The notes beneath the pieces are model-generated. The model saw only the letters and a list, made by a program, of their open reading frames with translations, had not been told where the DNA came from and did no database searches. Source: Bigelowiella natans CCMP2755 (taxonomy: Eukaryota; Protista; Cercozoa). Taken from it: a DNA stretch of 32,601 nucleotides. The stretch lies in the NCBI GenBank assembly GCA_000320545.1, contig ADNK01001169.1, positions 1 to 32,601 on the forward strand, read 5' to 3'. Position numbers and translations under genes: made by a program. Shown here in pieces: positions 11,700-22,640 of this stretch (positions are counted from its first letter, which is position 1; every line of letters begins with the position of its first letter).

Positions 11700-13371
11700 T
11701 TACAAGCATTTCGTTGCGAGGATGCACGCACGCTAAACGTAGCTGCTGAGATGATTGATTGCGTGCATGCGCTATGTAGCCATGTAGGCTACTTGAGATG
11801 CACATGCATGCATGCGGAACGCGAACAATGACATAATAGCACTGCATTTCCAAAATGCCTTGTTTGCGGAAGTTCCTAGTTGGAACTGCAACAGACGTGT
11901 TGCGTTGCCGACAACTATTGCTGGTTAGTCATCAGCGTTTGATTCACAACAGCTGCACTGACAATGCAGAATTGTTGAAATCATGCGCGATTTGCTCACC
12001 AATTAGTCCCCGTTCACCACAATGTTAGCTCGAGAAACTGCATGTGTTCATGTGCACATGCATCGCAGGCCCGGCTCCACGTCCATGAATTCCTTTGAGT
12101 CCACAGCAACTGGGCACCTGGGAGGGGCGGAGTTTGCTTCCATTGGCGTTTTGGTGTCAGCCTTGACATCATCGGTGAGGCTCACACAGTGCAGGAGGTG
12201 CAAGGCTTTTGACGTTTTCTCGATGCAGGTGCTGCGGGCGGACAGTTTGCAAAGGGTGAGTGAAGTGCTGTCGACAGCACGGAACTTGTCCCTGATCACG
12301 TCTGCAATTTCGGTGTCCACCGCGTTGTCCTCTTCAGAGTTGGGACAGTCCGTGAGTGCGTTGCTGAGGATCCAGTTGCTCCGAAGAATGGTTTCAGCCG
12401 CGGCGATGCTTGCAGCTGTGAGGGTCGCCAACTTGTTCCTTTCCAGTTCTGCGATGCGAGTTGGCATTGGTGGTCTGATTTTCTCTGAAGTTTCATCTTT
12501 CAGACCTCCAGGCTCTTCCTGCATGGCCATGGGAATGCCATCCCACATGGATTTCCCCCGGGGCGTGTGGAAAGCAATCTTGGCTTCGTCTTCACCTCTT
12601 TCAATGGCTGAGGATGTCGAAAGATGTTCAAAAGCCGGATTGTCACAGTCACTCTCATCCGCTTTAGCGGAGGATGACCTGCAATCGGCCCAGTCAAATT
12701 CCGCATTCTCCGCGTCCTGGTTGACTGATGTGACTTTCCCCACGTGCCATTGGCTTCCGCAATGCAAACCGACCTGGCCAGCTGAAGTGTCATCGGTCCA
12801 CGATGATGTCATGCGTGTCGATGCATCAGGAGGGGCATCGTCAATGCCTTTCCTGAGGTGAAGGGCGGCTAGAGATTTGGGTGCATCGTTGAGATCGAAG
12901 TAGTTGCGAAGTCCAGGAGGTCCTGACTCTTGGGAGGTGACCGTTGAGAGTTCGGCAGGTCCGGAAGATCCTGACCCGGGCGACTCCGGTGAGGCCGCAA
13001 CTGTTTCGTCAGGGTCAGTGTGAGTCATCACGCACCGATTGGGAAGTTTAGTGACCAAGAGTGTGGGTCCGTGGGGTTGGTGTCAGAGGTAGGCGGGGGG
13101 GGGAGGGAGGGGAAGGAGCTGCTATCAACAGGGTGCAACTCGAGAGGGTCACTCGAGTTTTTTGCACCAGGAAAACAACAGGACCATTGATGCCAACGTT
13201 CCCAAAACACAGGCACTGGTCCCCTTGCGACATGGCGAACTGTCCAAACGCCTTGCCTCTAGCGCCTCACCGGGTTGCCATGAACGGAGATTTTCCAAAA
13301 CGTGTGCCATTTTTCCTCCATCCGTGCAAAAAACAAATGTCGCGGAAGATTTTGAATTTTCAAATTCAAAA
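11700..13371. other. TpA-depleted tract 1 (putatively hypermutated, possibly repeat/TE-derived DNA)
   Basis: No TA dinucleotide in 12028-12664 (637 bp). About 9 TA in 12001-13371, all in TAG or CTA context. No microsatellites. The left edge is gradual (~11700-12000). Confidence 0.85.
12048..13028 (-). pseudogene. Intronless ORF (~326 aa from ATG 13028) with a Tudor-like segment; probably mutationally degraded
   Basis: Lies in ORF 12048..13058 and has only one Tyr in 336 codons. QVGLHCGSQWHVGKVTSVNQDAENAEFDWAD resembles a Tudor/Agenet-type barrel (..WY.GkV..v.....v.f.D) if His/Cys are read back as Tyr. It is intronless in an intron-dense genome. Confidence 0.45.
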
Positions 13372-13569
13372 GTACATGTATTTGAGCAACCTGAACCTCA
13401 GAAGTCCTCGGAGTAGATCTTGATGGGGGAGATGGCGTCCGTGTGGTGGAGTTCCCGGCCGGTCACCTGGGCAGTTTTTATGGTTGCCCTCGCTGCCTAT
13501 CCTGTCGAATCGGCTGGTACGCATTCAAGAAAGGGGAGGCTGGAAGTCCATGATTTCGGGTCCTCAAAC

Positions 13570-14608
13570 ATGTCGGCATCATCATCGGTTTCAGCAGCGA
13601 GAAAGAGACGACGAGACAGCGATGCGGAGTTGGTTCACGGGGTATGCAACCACTTTCTTTTTGAGGAGCGACAATCCATTATCAGCTTGCAAGACTCGAT
13701 CAAGCGGCTGCAGAAGCACATCGGGGAGCAAGCGCCCTCCTCCTCCAACTCGTCAGAATCCCACAAAAAGGAGTTGGGAGAACTTAGGGAAGAACTAGAG
13801 ACTCGAAAGACAGAAGAGAGCAATTTCTATACCACTGAGAACCAGATGAAGCTCTGCCTGCAGAGCTTCGAAACCCACGAGAACCGTAAAGCGCGAGACG
13901 CACACGGGAAGGAGAAAGAAGTTGTTTGCTCGAAGATCGTTGAGTTCAAGATGCTCATCGAGAAGTACAAAGGAGGACGGCGACCACTCGGTAGCTACGG
14001 CAGCGATTGCTGGGCGATTTCTATGAGCTGGTGGGATGAGAAGATCACATCTTTCTTCGGAGGGGCTTGGGAGAATAAGAAGAAAGAGCACAAGGGGCCG
14101 ACGGTTGGGCTGGAGATCGAGTTTCTTGCCCTCGTTCATGTTCCCCAGGGGAAGAACAATGCGCATGCGTTCACGATACAGTACGACGACAAGATCTTTG
14201 AGAAGGAGGATGAAACCAACGTAAGATTGTGTGACGTGACCAAAAAACCCACCCCCTTTGACTTGTGCGCGCTCTGTCTGCTTCTTGCGGTCCTTTGCCC
14301 GCCTTTCCTTGATGCTGATGTTGATGTTCTTTGTTTTTGAAGTTCCACCTAAATATTTTGGTTTTTCGCTGTGTCGCGGGCCCTAATTCTGCTCTGTGTA
14401 TATTATCTGAAGGGCAAACTAGAGGTAAGTCTGGACGGCTGCAAGACTGACTACATGTGCCAGCTGGAGCTACGCACAGACCCGCTCGAGCAAAAGGACA
14501 TGAAGGACTACAAGAACGCCATCAACGCCTTCCGGGCAGCGAAGAATGCCAAATCGGAGAATTTAGAAGGCGTTCTCAAGGTGGCTAGTTGGATATTATA
14601 TAAATAAA

Positions 14609-14677
<69 letters not shown>

Positions 14678-15875
14678 GTGAAAGTGTGCGCGTGCGCGCG
14701 TTTCTTCATTACCTTTCTTTCATCTCATACAAGCACATCCCCTTACACATTTACGCACTTGCCCTTATCGCCTACACTCCCCACGGCAGGTCTATAACAT
14801 GATAATCTCGAAGAAAGAGTGGAGGCTGAAGCTGACGGACCTTGGTAAGAAGCTGCACTACATCTGCAGGGAAAATTGCGCGAAGCACAAGGGCGACATC
14901 CAGGTTAACTACGCCGTCCCTGTCGAGGCCATGGCCCACGCGTCGTTTCCGCCTGCTATAATGACGACGTTTGTGCTCAAGGACGAGATGGTTGTCCAGC
15001 ACAACGATCTGAAGCACATCAAAGAAGCGGTGATCGAGCACTTCAAGAGCAAGGGCCTCCCCCTGTACGACGAGCACGTCATCGGGACGGTCATATATCT
15101 CTACTGGATTTTGCACGGACACGCGAAGTCCGAGATCGTCGTCTACAATGCGTACAAGAAGGAACTAAAGAAGCAACTGGCTGGCGCCGCTGCTGCTAGC
15201 GTCACAGCCGATTCTGTGATGTCCAAGGCGATGGGGGATATTGATCCCGGTAGGTATAAAAACATCTGGAAGCATCTTCCCAAGACACCTGCGGAGGACG
15301 TCGTTCGCATGCTTCCGTTCAAGTCGAAACTGCGCATGTGGGCGCTGATGGATGAGGAAGTGCTTGATTTTCGCGCGATCGCGGAGGCACTGTACCCTTT
15401 GCTAAAGAACTCGAAGGCAGAGGATGTAGCATATCCGCACTTGCAGCACCCGCTCGACTACGAATACCCCGAGCTCTTGGAAGAGAAGTGGGAAGAATAT
15501 AAGGACAACTTCCTACCAACACGGGCGCTAGAAGTGCGCTACCAGGGGTACCGATGCAAAGAATCATCGCCCACAGACGGCGTGGGCTGTCAATACTTTG
15601 GGTTTAACGTCGACAACAGGATCACGACGCAAGCGGCCCTCGATGTCACGAACCTCTTGACTACAAAAGACTATCTTGGCCATAAGATACTACAGCCTGT
15701 CTACATGGATGTTCACCAGAGCGCACACGGTGGCGGCGTGTCGGAAGTGGCGGTCGTTCTTGAATCGAGAGTCACGCAATATCTATTTAATCGCTTGATG
15801 CTGGATACAAATCACCATCCATCAGTAACACAGGCGTTTTCCCAATACGCGTCAATGGCCTTGCGTCCAACTTAG
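13570..15875 (+). CDS. 3-exon orphan protein (~634 aa; ~683 aa if started at ATG 13423), putative glutamine-synthetase-fold COOH-NH2 ligase/amidoligase
   Basis: Exons 13570-14220, 14413-14580, 14790-15875 join in phase 0 with GT..AG introns; intron 2 carries host-type (TA)n(TG)n. Ordered motifs are TVGLEIEF (GxExE), LELRTDP (ExxTxP), GDIQVN and ALEVR/VLESR (ExR). The N-terminus has RKRRR and a coiled-coil-like stretch. The gene model is fairly secure; the function is inferred from motifs only. Confidence 0.6.
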
Positions 15876-15999
15876 TCGCTGAAAAATGCCTGTTACAATT
15901 TTGCAACACAATTTCCGGGCGAATCTATTTTTTGGTATGACTCAGTCATGTACATGCACTTTAAGACACATCTTCGTGCTTGAGCAATTTGCTAAAGCA

Positions 16000-17508
16000 T
16001 GTGTCTGCAGTGTGCTGCAGTGCATCGGCATCTGCCACATTGAGACTTTGACCAAGGTGACGAAAACGTCCCAATTTGAGATCTGCTAAACACACATTTC
16101 AATTTGAACGATGCAGTCGCTGCTGGAATTTGCTAGCTACATGCGCTACAAACATGCACTTGTCTCCCATCACAGCAGCCATGATGCACAGCATGTGATC
16201 AACGTTGGCAGCAACTGTGTGGTCCAGCACGTCTAGACGTACGTGGTGTTGAAGTGTTGAACGTGTGGTGCACCATCAATGCTAGAATGTCCGACAACGA
16301 TCTAACGATGCACGTTGCGATGCACGTTCACAGCGTGAGACAACTTCACCAGCAATGATGGACACAGCAATGCACAACATGCACATTGCATGTGCATGTG
16401 AGGAAACAGAGAACGTTTGCTCCGACCCAAATTTTGAGCCACACTCACAATGGACACAGCAATGCACAATGCATGTTGTGTGCATGGTGCAACAGTGTTG
16501 CATGTCCATCATAGCAGACCATGTCTCACAAGTCTTTTGCATGTTGTCATCTAGTCATCATTCGTCTTGTGGACAACGAACAGCGCGCACTTCGAACGAC
16601 GACCACGCAGCACGCAGAACTGCCAGACTGCGCCGCGACAAGCACGCTTTGACAAGTCAAACAGCAGTCGTGTGATGGTTGTGCTTCGCTTCGAGAGTGC
16701 ACACGCGCTAGCACGCCACGTCTTGCGTGAACGTTTGCCGTTGCCCCCCACCAGCTAGCCAGCTCAAGCTAGCAAGCTGCACTCGATCAACGTCAGAACG
16801 ATGCACTCGAGCTCCAAGGTGACGCTTCTGCCACTTGCGTCATCAGCAATGCTGGAATTGGATGAACGAGCGTCTGTGGGCGAACACGTGAGCGATCGAA
16901 GTGTTCCACAAGCTGGAGCGCGGCTGAGAGGACCACACCAGCACAGGACCTGTCGACTCACCCATCCACACGCTCCTCGACTGATCAAGTCACCGTGGAA
17001 AGTGCTGGATGAAAAGTGAACTTGACTCCACGATGCGGTTTCCTTGCACTCCGGACAGGCTAGCAGGCCTTGCCCAGTCTAGCAGTTCCAGAGTGCGTTG
17101 AAGTGAACTGTTGACGTTGAACGTCGCATTCTGGCATTGTTGCAAAAAGTGAACTGCACGCGCAAGAAACACGGGAGAGAAGTGCTTGAACGAATGAATG
17201 AATTGATTCCGTTGGAGCGATTGGAACGATCACGAGACAAGCTGGCGCATCCGTGTCCCCATGCGCAGTGGCAGGCACCACTGGCAGCACGAGGACTTGT
17301 TCTTGTCTTTTTCAACTCAGGTGTGATGCATGTGCTCAATTTGTTTTGCACATCGTCGAGGATTGATGCTATCATTTCTTCCTGAATGGGTGATTTTGAG
17401 TGATGTGCGGTCAAGTCACTGCGACAACCTGAATGCGAGCCGAAGGAGTACAAGTCACACTGACCAGCCGACATTTTGTTTCTGCCAAATGCTTCCACGG
17501 ACCGGGGA
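16000..17508. other. TpA-depleted tract 2
   Basis: Manual count: 17 TA in 16021-17460 (9 CTAG; 15 of 17 in CTA or TAG). In 16321-17340 there are 7 TA, 6 of them CTAG. CpG is abundant. TA-rich sequence resumes abruptly at ~17509 (atattcagatcttataataagg). Confidence 0.85.
16358..16469 (+). repeat. 20-bp direct repeat atggacacagcaatgcacaa (16358-16377 and 16450-16469)
   Basis: Exact match read directly from the sequence. Confidence 0.85.
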
Positions 17509-18555
17509 ATATTCAGATCTTATAATAAGGTACAGATGTAGAAAGGATTTCTATTTTTCACGTTGATTTTTGCACAAAGATATAAATTTTCATGTCGTAA
17601 ATTAATATTTCACCCATATGTCATCCCTTAGGCTCACTAATCCTGCTGAATATTGAACAGGCAGCCCAAGATATCGATATGGTTGGTTTTGTTTCACATT
17701 TGTCGTAGATACTACATGTACGACAACAATTGTGAAAGTATTTTCTCGATAATTGAAGCCAAACAGTATATAAACCTTCGATAAATGTACAGCTTTTATT
17801 CTTAATTAAGCAGAACTAGTCATCCCCTTCCCAAACAAAAAGGCCGGAACTGGACTTGCCTCTTTTCAAGGGTAGGGCTTGCCGGAAGAGTTATCGACTG
17901 ATCCGACCCGAGGAGCTTCGCCGTTTCATCTCTGTTCATAAGTCTCAAATTTTCTCCTCGCGATCGCACCTTTGCGTAGCTTCCTCTCGAGAAAGGAAAA
18001 GCAGATTAGGTATACATTGCCATAGCCTTTGTGCACTGGAGAGCAACCATGCTTTGCCAGCGCTCGAACAATCTCCAGAGTCCACTCTCAAGGCCGGCCA
18101 GCCAACATGCTCCAATCCCAATCCAATATTTTGAAGTCCTCGAACTAAACCTTGTTCTCGCTATTATTATATTTAACTTGGAACAGAGTGGAAGACCCCC
18201 TTTCCGGGTGTTGAACGAACGGGAGAGCTCCCACACAAAATATATCCTTAAAGCTCCACGGAATCCTTCCGCCGTTGTCCCCAAGGCTCCAAGAAACCGT
18301 CTCGCATCACTGTCTTCAAAGGAATAAGAAGGGTTCCCTAAGAATACGATCCCATCTCGGAGTGATGATATCATCCTAACTCGTTGTGAACGAAATCTGC
18401 AGGAGGGCAGCTATTCTATCTCTCTCCGAACAGAGGGAATTTAGGGACACGCCGTCGGAGAAAAGCCAGCCCAAAAAGGGAGGCAAACACCTTTCCTCAA
18501 GAGGACAGGTTTTAGACGGAATCTCGCGCGCAGGGAGCCCCAATTCGACGTTCGG

Positions 18556-21500
18556 ATGCGCGATTCCCGATCCCCCCGCCGCGGTCGCCGGAGGAGTGAC
18601 TCCTCGGACTCGAGTGGTTCTGATAACTATCGTCGACGCCGGCGCGACAGGCGTCGCCGCGGCTCGCGATCAGGGTCACGAGAGAGGCGCTCACGCTCTC
18701 GATCCAGAGACCGAGACCGCAGGGACCGCCGAGAAGGGGGCAGGGGCAGCAGGGATGGCGGCAGCAGTAGAAGGCTCTCGGAGCCGTCGCGCTCCGTGAT
18801 GGTTCGAGGATTGCCTGTTACAGCCTCGGAAGCGGATCTTGCGGCCGCTGCGGCGGAGTGGAGGCCTGATGGCGTGCGCCTCATAGGCGACCGGGGCTTC
18901 GGCTTCATCGAATTCCAGTCCGTCAAGGACGCGGAGGACTTCCTATACAAGAATCTCGACACGTTGAGTATTCAGGTAGAGGATTGAACAGATGGCCAGC
19001 TGCTGCCCCCCCCCTCCCTCTCTCCTTCCCCTTTATATCAGTTGCTTTTTTCGATTTGTAGCTTCTGTCTGCCATGTCGGTTTTTTCGGTGGCGTGTCGT
19101 TGCTCGCTTTGGCTGGTGCTCCCAATTCTGTCCTCCCTCCCCCCCACCGCCCATTCTTGGTCGTCTTTCACACCTTTAGGGCCGTTACGTTCACATGGAT
19201 TTCTCTCACGGCCCCCGAGACGGCCGCGGGGGGAACACCGGCACGCGGCTCGACTGGCTGTGCGGCCATTGCGGGGCGCACAACTTCGCCAGGCGGGCGG
19301 TGTGCTTCCAGTGCACACACCCGAAGGACCACACCGCCACGATACTGAAAGACAACAACCTCCACAGCGAGATCAAGGGGGGGAGGGGCGGGGAGGAACC
19401 CAACCCCGTTCTCGTGGTACTCGGCCTCGCGATGGACACGACGACAAGCAGGATTCGCGACTTATTCCAGCAGCACGCGGATGTTGTGGACGTACGGATA
19501 ATGCGCGACAAGGGCTCCGCCGGCGGCAGCTCACGGGGCTTCGCCTTCGTACAATTTGCTACTACCGAAGACGCTGCGGTGGCGCTCAATCGGACTAAAG
19601 GTCGGAGGACGTGTATACACGGCAGAATCATCATCGTCGAGAAGAGACTTCCCGCTCCCCCCCAACCCTAACCCTCCTTCTCCTGACGTTAACTTTAATC
19701 TTGTAGGCGCAAAAATCGACGGCAGGAGCGTGCGTATTAGCTTCTCACGCGACCAGGGCAAGGCAGCCAAAGCTGCATGGCAGGGTAATAGTAGTAGTAG
19801 TAGTAGTAGTAGTAGCAGCAGCAGATTATTGTCTCTGATTTTCGACCGACTAATTGATTGCACAGCGAGGTAGAGGGAGAAAGGAGGGGGGGGGGGTGGG
19901 GGGGGGGAAATGAAAAAGGCGGGTGCAGCAATGACCAATTCGCATATCTAATCTTTTCTCTATCTCCGTGTTTAATATGCTGTCGCGTAGATCCAAAACT
20001 ATGGGAAAGACCGGCAAATTTAAGCGAGGTAAGTGCTCCTGCCGTACTCACCATGCGTCGTGCCGTTGCCCTTGTTGCCTGCATCATGTTCGCCCTGTTT
20101 TCCTGCAAGCTGCTTTCTTTGGACAGCGTGTGAGAATGTGGATAAATGGTAGTGTGTGCGTGTGTGCGTGTGTGCGTGTGTGTGTGTGTGTAGTGTATTT
20201 CTCGTTACTCACTCGCACGTTCTTTCCTTCTCCCAAAACCACCACCACCACAAGGCGTTCAAGTTTGATAGTCGGACAGGGCAGTACTACGACAGGAAGT
20301 CCGGGTTCTACTACGACCCAGCATCCTGCCTCTACTACCATGGCGAGAGCGGCATCTACTATCGCTGGGACGCCATCAACAACTGCTACCTACAAGTCGA
20401 TGAGCGCGGGGTCGGTCCTTAACTAAGAAGAAGAACAACAAGAAGGGAAAATGAGGGGAGGGGAGGGTGGGGTGGGAGCTCATGATGGATCTAGAATGGA
20501 GAGTATTGTCATCGACTTGAGCTCAATATTCTAGTGAATTGGCCTCCTCTACGCATCCTTGTTATTTCCCCCCCCTCCCCGCCCCCCCCCTCCCCTCCGA
20601 ATTCGCGTTCCCAAACCCGTAGCTCTGATCCATCCCCTTCACTAAGAAGACCCTTGCCCTCCTTGCCCTCTACAGGTCGCAATTCCAGCGAGCAGCAACG
20701 ACGCCGCAGGTGCTAGCTCCAGCTCAGCTGGGGCAGCAGCCGCCGCCGCCGCCGCGTCTAGTGCGAAAAAGAACGACGCCGCCTCCTCCTCGACAACCGC
20801 AGCTGAGGGAAAGGCGAAGAAGAAGAAGACTGCGGCAGACGGGGGGGGGAAGAAGAAGCGAAAGAAAAAGGGGCCTATAGCCTTTAGCTTCTCCAAAAAA
20901 GTTAAGGCTGCGAAGCAGCAGCAGCAACAGACGGCGGGCAAGCAGGGCGCGTCAGCAGCCAGCAGCGCCAACAACCCCCCCCCTTCTTTGGCCTCCGTCC
21001 AGGAAATGGCCGCGAAGGCTGCAGCCGCGGCCGCGGCGGCGAAGAACGTTCTTGCTTCGCTGAAGCAGGCAGGGGGGGGAGTAGGCACATCAGCCGCCGC
21101 CGCCGCCGCCTCCACCGGTGGCAAGGCTGCAGCGGTACCTTCCCCTGCGGGGGGGGGGGCGTTGCCTTGGGCAGGGCTGACAAGTGGGGGTCTATTAGGA
21201 GGAGGAGGAGGGCGAGCGCAGCAGCAGCAGCAGCCATCAGTATCATCCGCTGGTGCTGTAGCAAGCGCCTCATCTTCGTCAGTGCCCTTGGGACAGGTCC
21301 CCAACGACATAGCGCTCCAGAGGCAGCACCTGCAACTGGAGAAGAAGATCTGCCGGCTGTGCAAGCGCAAGTTCCCCACGCTCGAGAAGCTTTACCAGCA
21401 CGTGCGCATGTCAGCCATGCACAAGAAAAACCTCGAGCTGCTCGAGATCAAGCGCGTGGCCGACAGGGAGCGGCAGGCGCGGTCCAAGCCGCCGCCGCGG

Positions 21501-22125
21501 CGCGTGCTGAGGAAGGGGGAGGGACGGCGCAAGGACGAGAAACCAGTAACGCCCTCTGCTTTCGAGAAGATGGTGAGCAAAGCAGCGGCCTCGGTGAAAA
21601 AGCCGATCGCGGACTCGAACAAGGGCTCGAAGATGCTCAAGGTAGTTTGTTTACTACGGGGCTCTCGGAAAGGGGAGGGTGGGGGTGGGGAGGGGGGACG
21701 GGGGGAGAAGGCAGCATACATAGACGAAATCCTGCTGGAATCACATGACCGTGTCCCCCCCCCCTTCTGACCGTTGCCTTTTAATATAGGCCATGGGCTG
21801 GAAGAAGGGTCAAGGTCTCGGCAAGACGAAGCAGGGAATCACAGCTCCAGTACAAGCGGATATGTACTCGCAAGGAGCTGGCCTTGGCAGCCAGCCAACG
21901 GGCGAGAACGCCATCAGGCCGGGTGACAGCTACCACGACGCCGCCACGAAGAAAGCGCGCGCGCGCTTTGAACGTGCTAGCAGACACGGCGGGGGGGGCA
22001 GCAGCTCCTATTACAAGAAGAAGAAACCACAGAATGCCGCCAACGCGTACCTTGCGGCGATGAACGAGTATAAGAATAGCTCGTGCACGGAGAAAGACGA
22101 GTATGCTAGAGCGATGCTAAAGTAG
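18556..22125 (+). CDS. RBM5: RBM5/RBM10 (plant SUA)-like splicing regulator, ~804 aa, 7 exons
   Basis: Exons 18556-18975, 19180-19600, 19707-19784, 19991-20028, 20255-20410, 20676-21641, 21790-22125 splice in frame (2415 nt). Domain order: RS-rich N-terminus, RRM (RGFGFIEF), RanBP2 zinc finger (DWLCGHCGAHNFARRAVCFQC), RRM (SRGFAFVQF), OCRE (SGFYYDPASCLYYHGESGIYY), C2H2 finger (CRLCKRKF..HVRMSAMH), G-patch (NKGSKMLKAMGWKKGQGLG). This is the characteristic RBM5/10 architecture; RBM5 and RBM10 cannot be distinguished. Confidence 0.93.
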
Positions 22126-22459
22126 TGGGAAGTCCTCGAATAAGATCAAAACAGAACCAGCAGTTACAGAGCCGTTCCTACTCCTTCTGCGCATGATGCT
22201 GTGCAAGATTATTTGAATGAATCATCGGCTACTATTCTTGTGCGTCGAATGCACACGCTAATGTGAGCGTAATGAGTTTGACAAAACATCGTAGATGTCT
22301 ACCTTTGCTATATGGTTGCGGCAAGCTTGTTAGATGACTAAAAGCACGTCAGTACATCGCAGACTATAGACAAAGTATATAAATAAATATATGAGACGGG
22401 TGTAATGAAATGTTTAAATTTTTTCAATGGTCATCCTAATGTAGCTATGCAATGCAGCG

Positions 22460-22499
<40 letters not shown>

Positions 22500-22640
22500 C
22501 ATCCGTCTCATATATATATACATATATATACGTGACTATAGACAAAGACTATAAACACTTGTAAAGTATACATTCTAAATATAATATATATTATATATGC
22601 GTGTATTTTTTGTGCAGCGCGAGGAGATTGGTTGTTCTTA

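Noticed and set aside
12022-12861. 279-aa plus-strand ORF antisense to the Tudor-like ORF
   Set aside because: Expected by-product of TpA loss, which removes TAA and TAG stops; no recognisable protein features.
14425-14430. Consensus GTAAGT donor inside exon 2 of the ligase-like gene
   Set aside because: Using it would delete the LELRTDP motif, and reading through to 14580 gives an in-frame model. It may still be an alternative site.
11700-17508. CpG-methylation decay or classical RIP as the cause of the TG/CA excess
   Set aside because: CpG is plentiful (e.g. 16561-16740) and TpA is the missing dinucleotide; RIP would increase TpA.
11550-17540. Terminal inverted repeats, LTRs or target-site duplications defining a single transposon
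   Set aside because: Only a 9-bp AT-rich match (ttattataa) near the ends, and no transposase, reverse transcriptase, integrase or recombinase motifs were recognised, so no mobile_element call was made.
20642-21379. 245-aa minus-strand ORF
   Set aside because: Antisense shadow of the GC-rich Ala/Gly exon of the RBM5-like gene.
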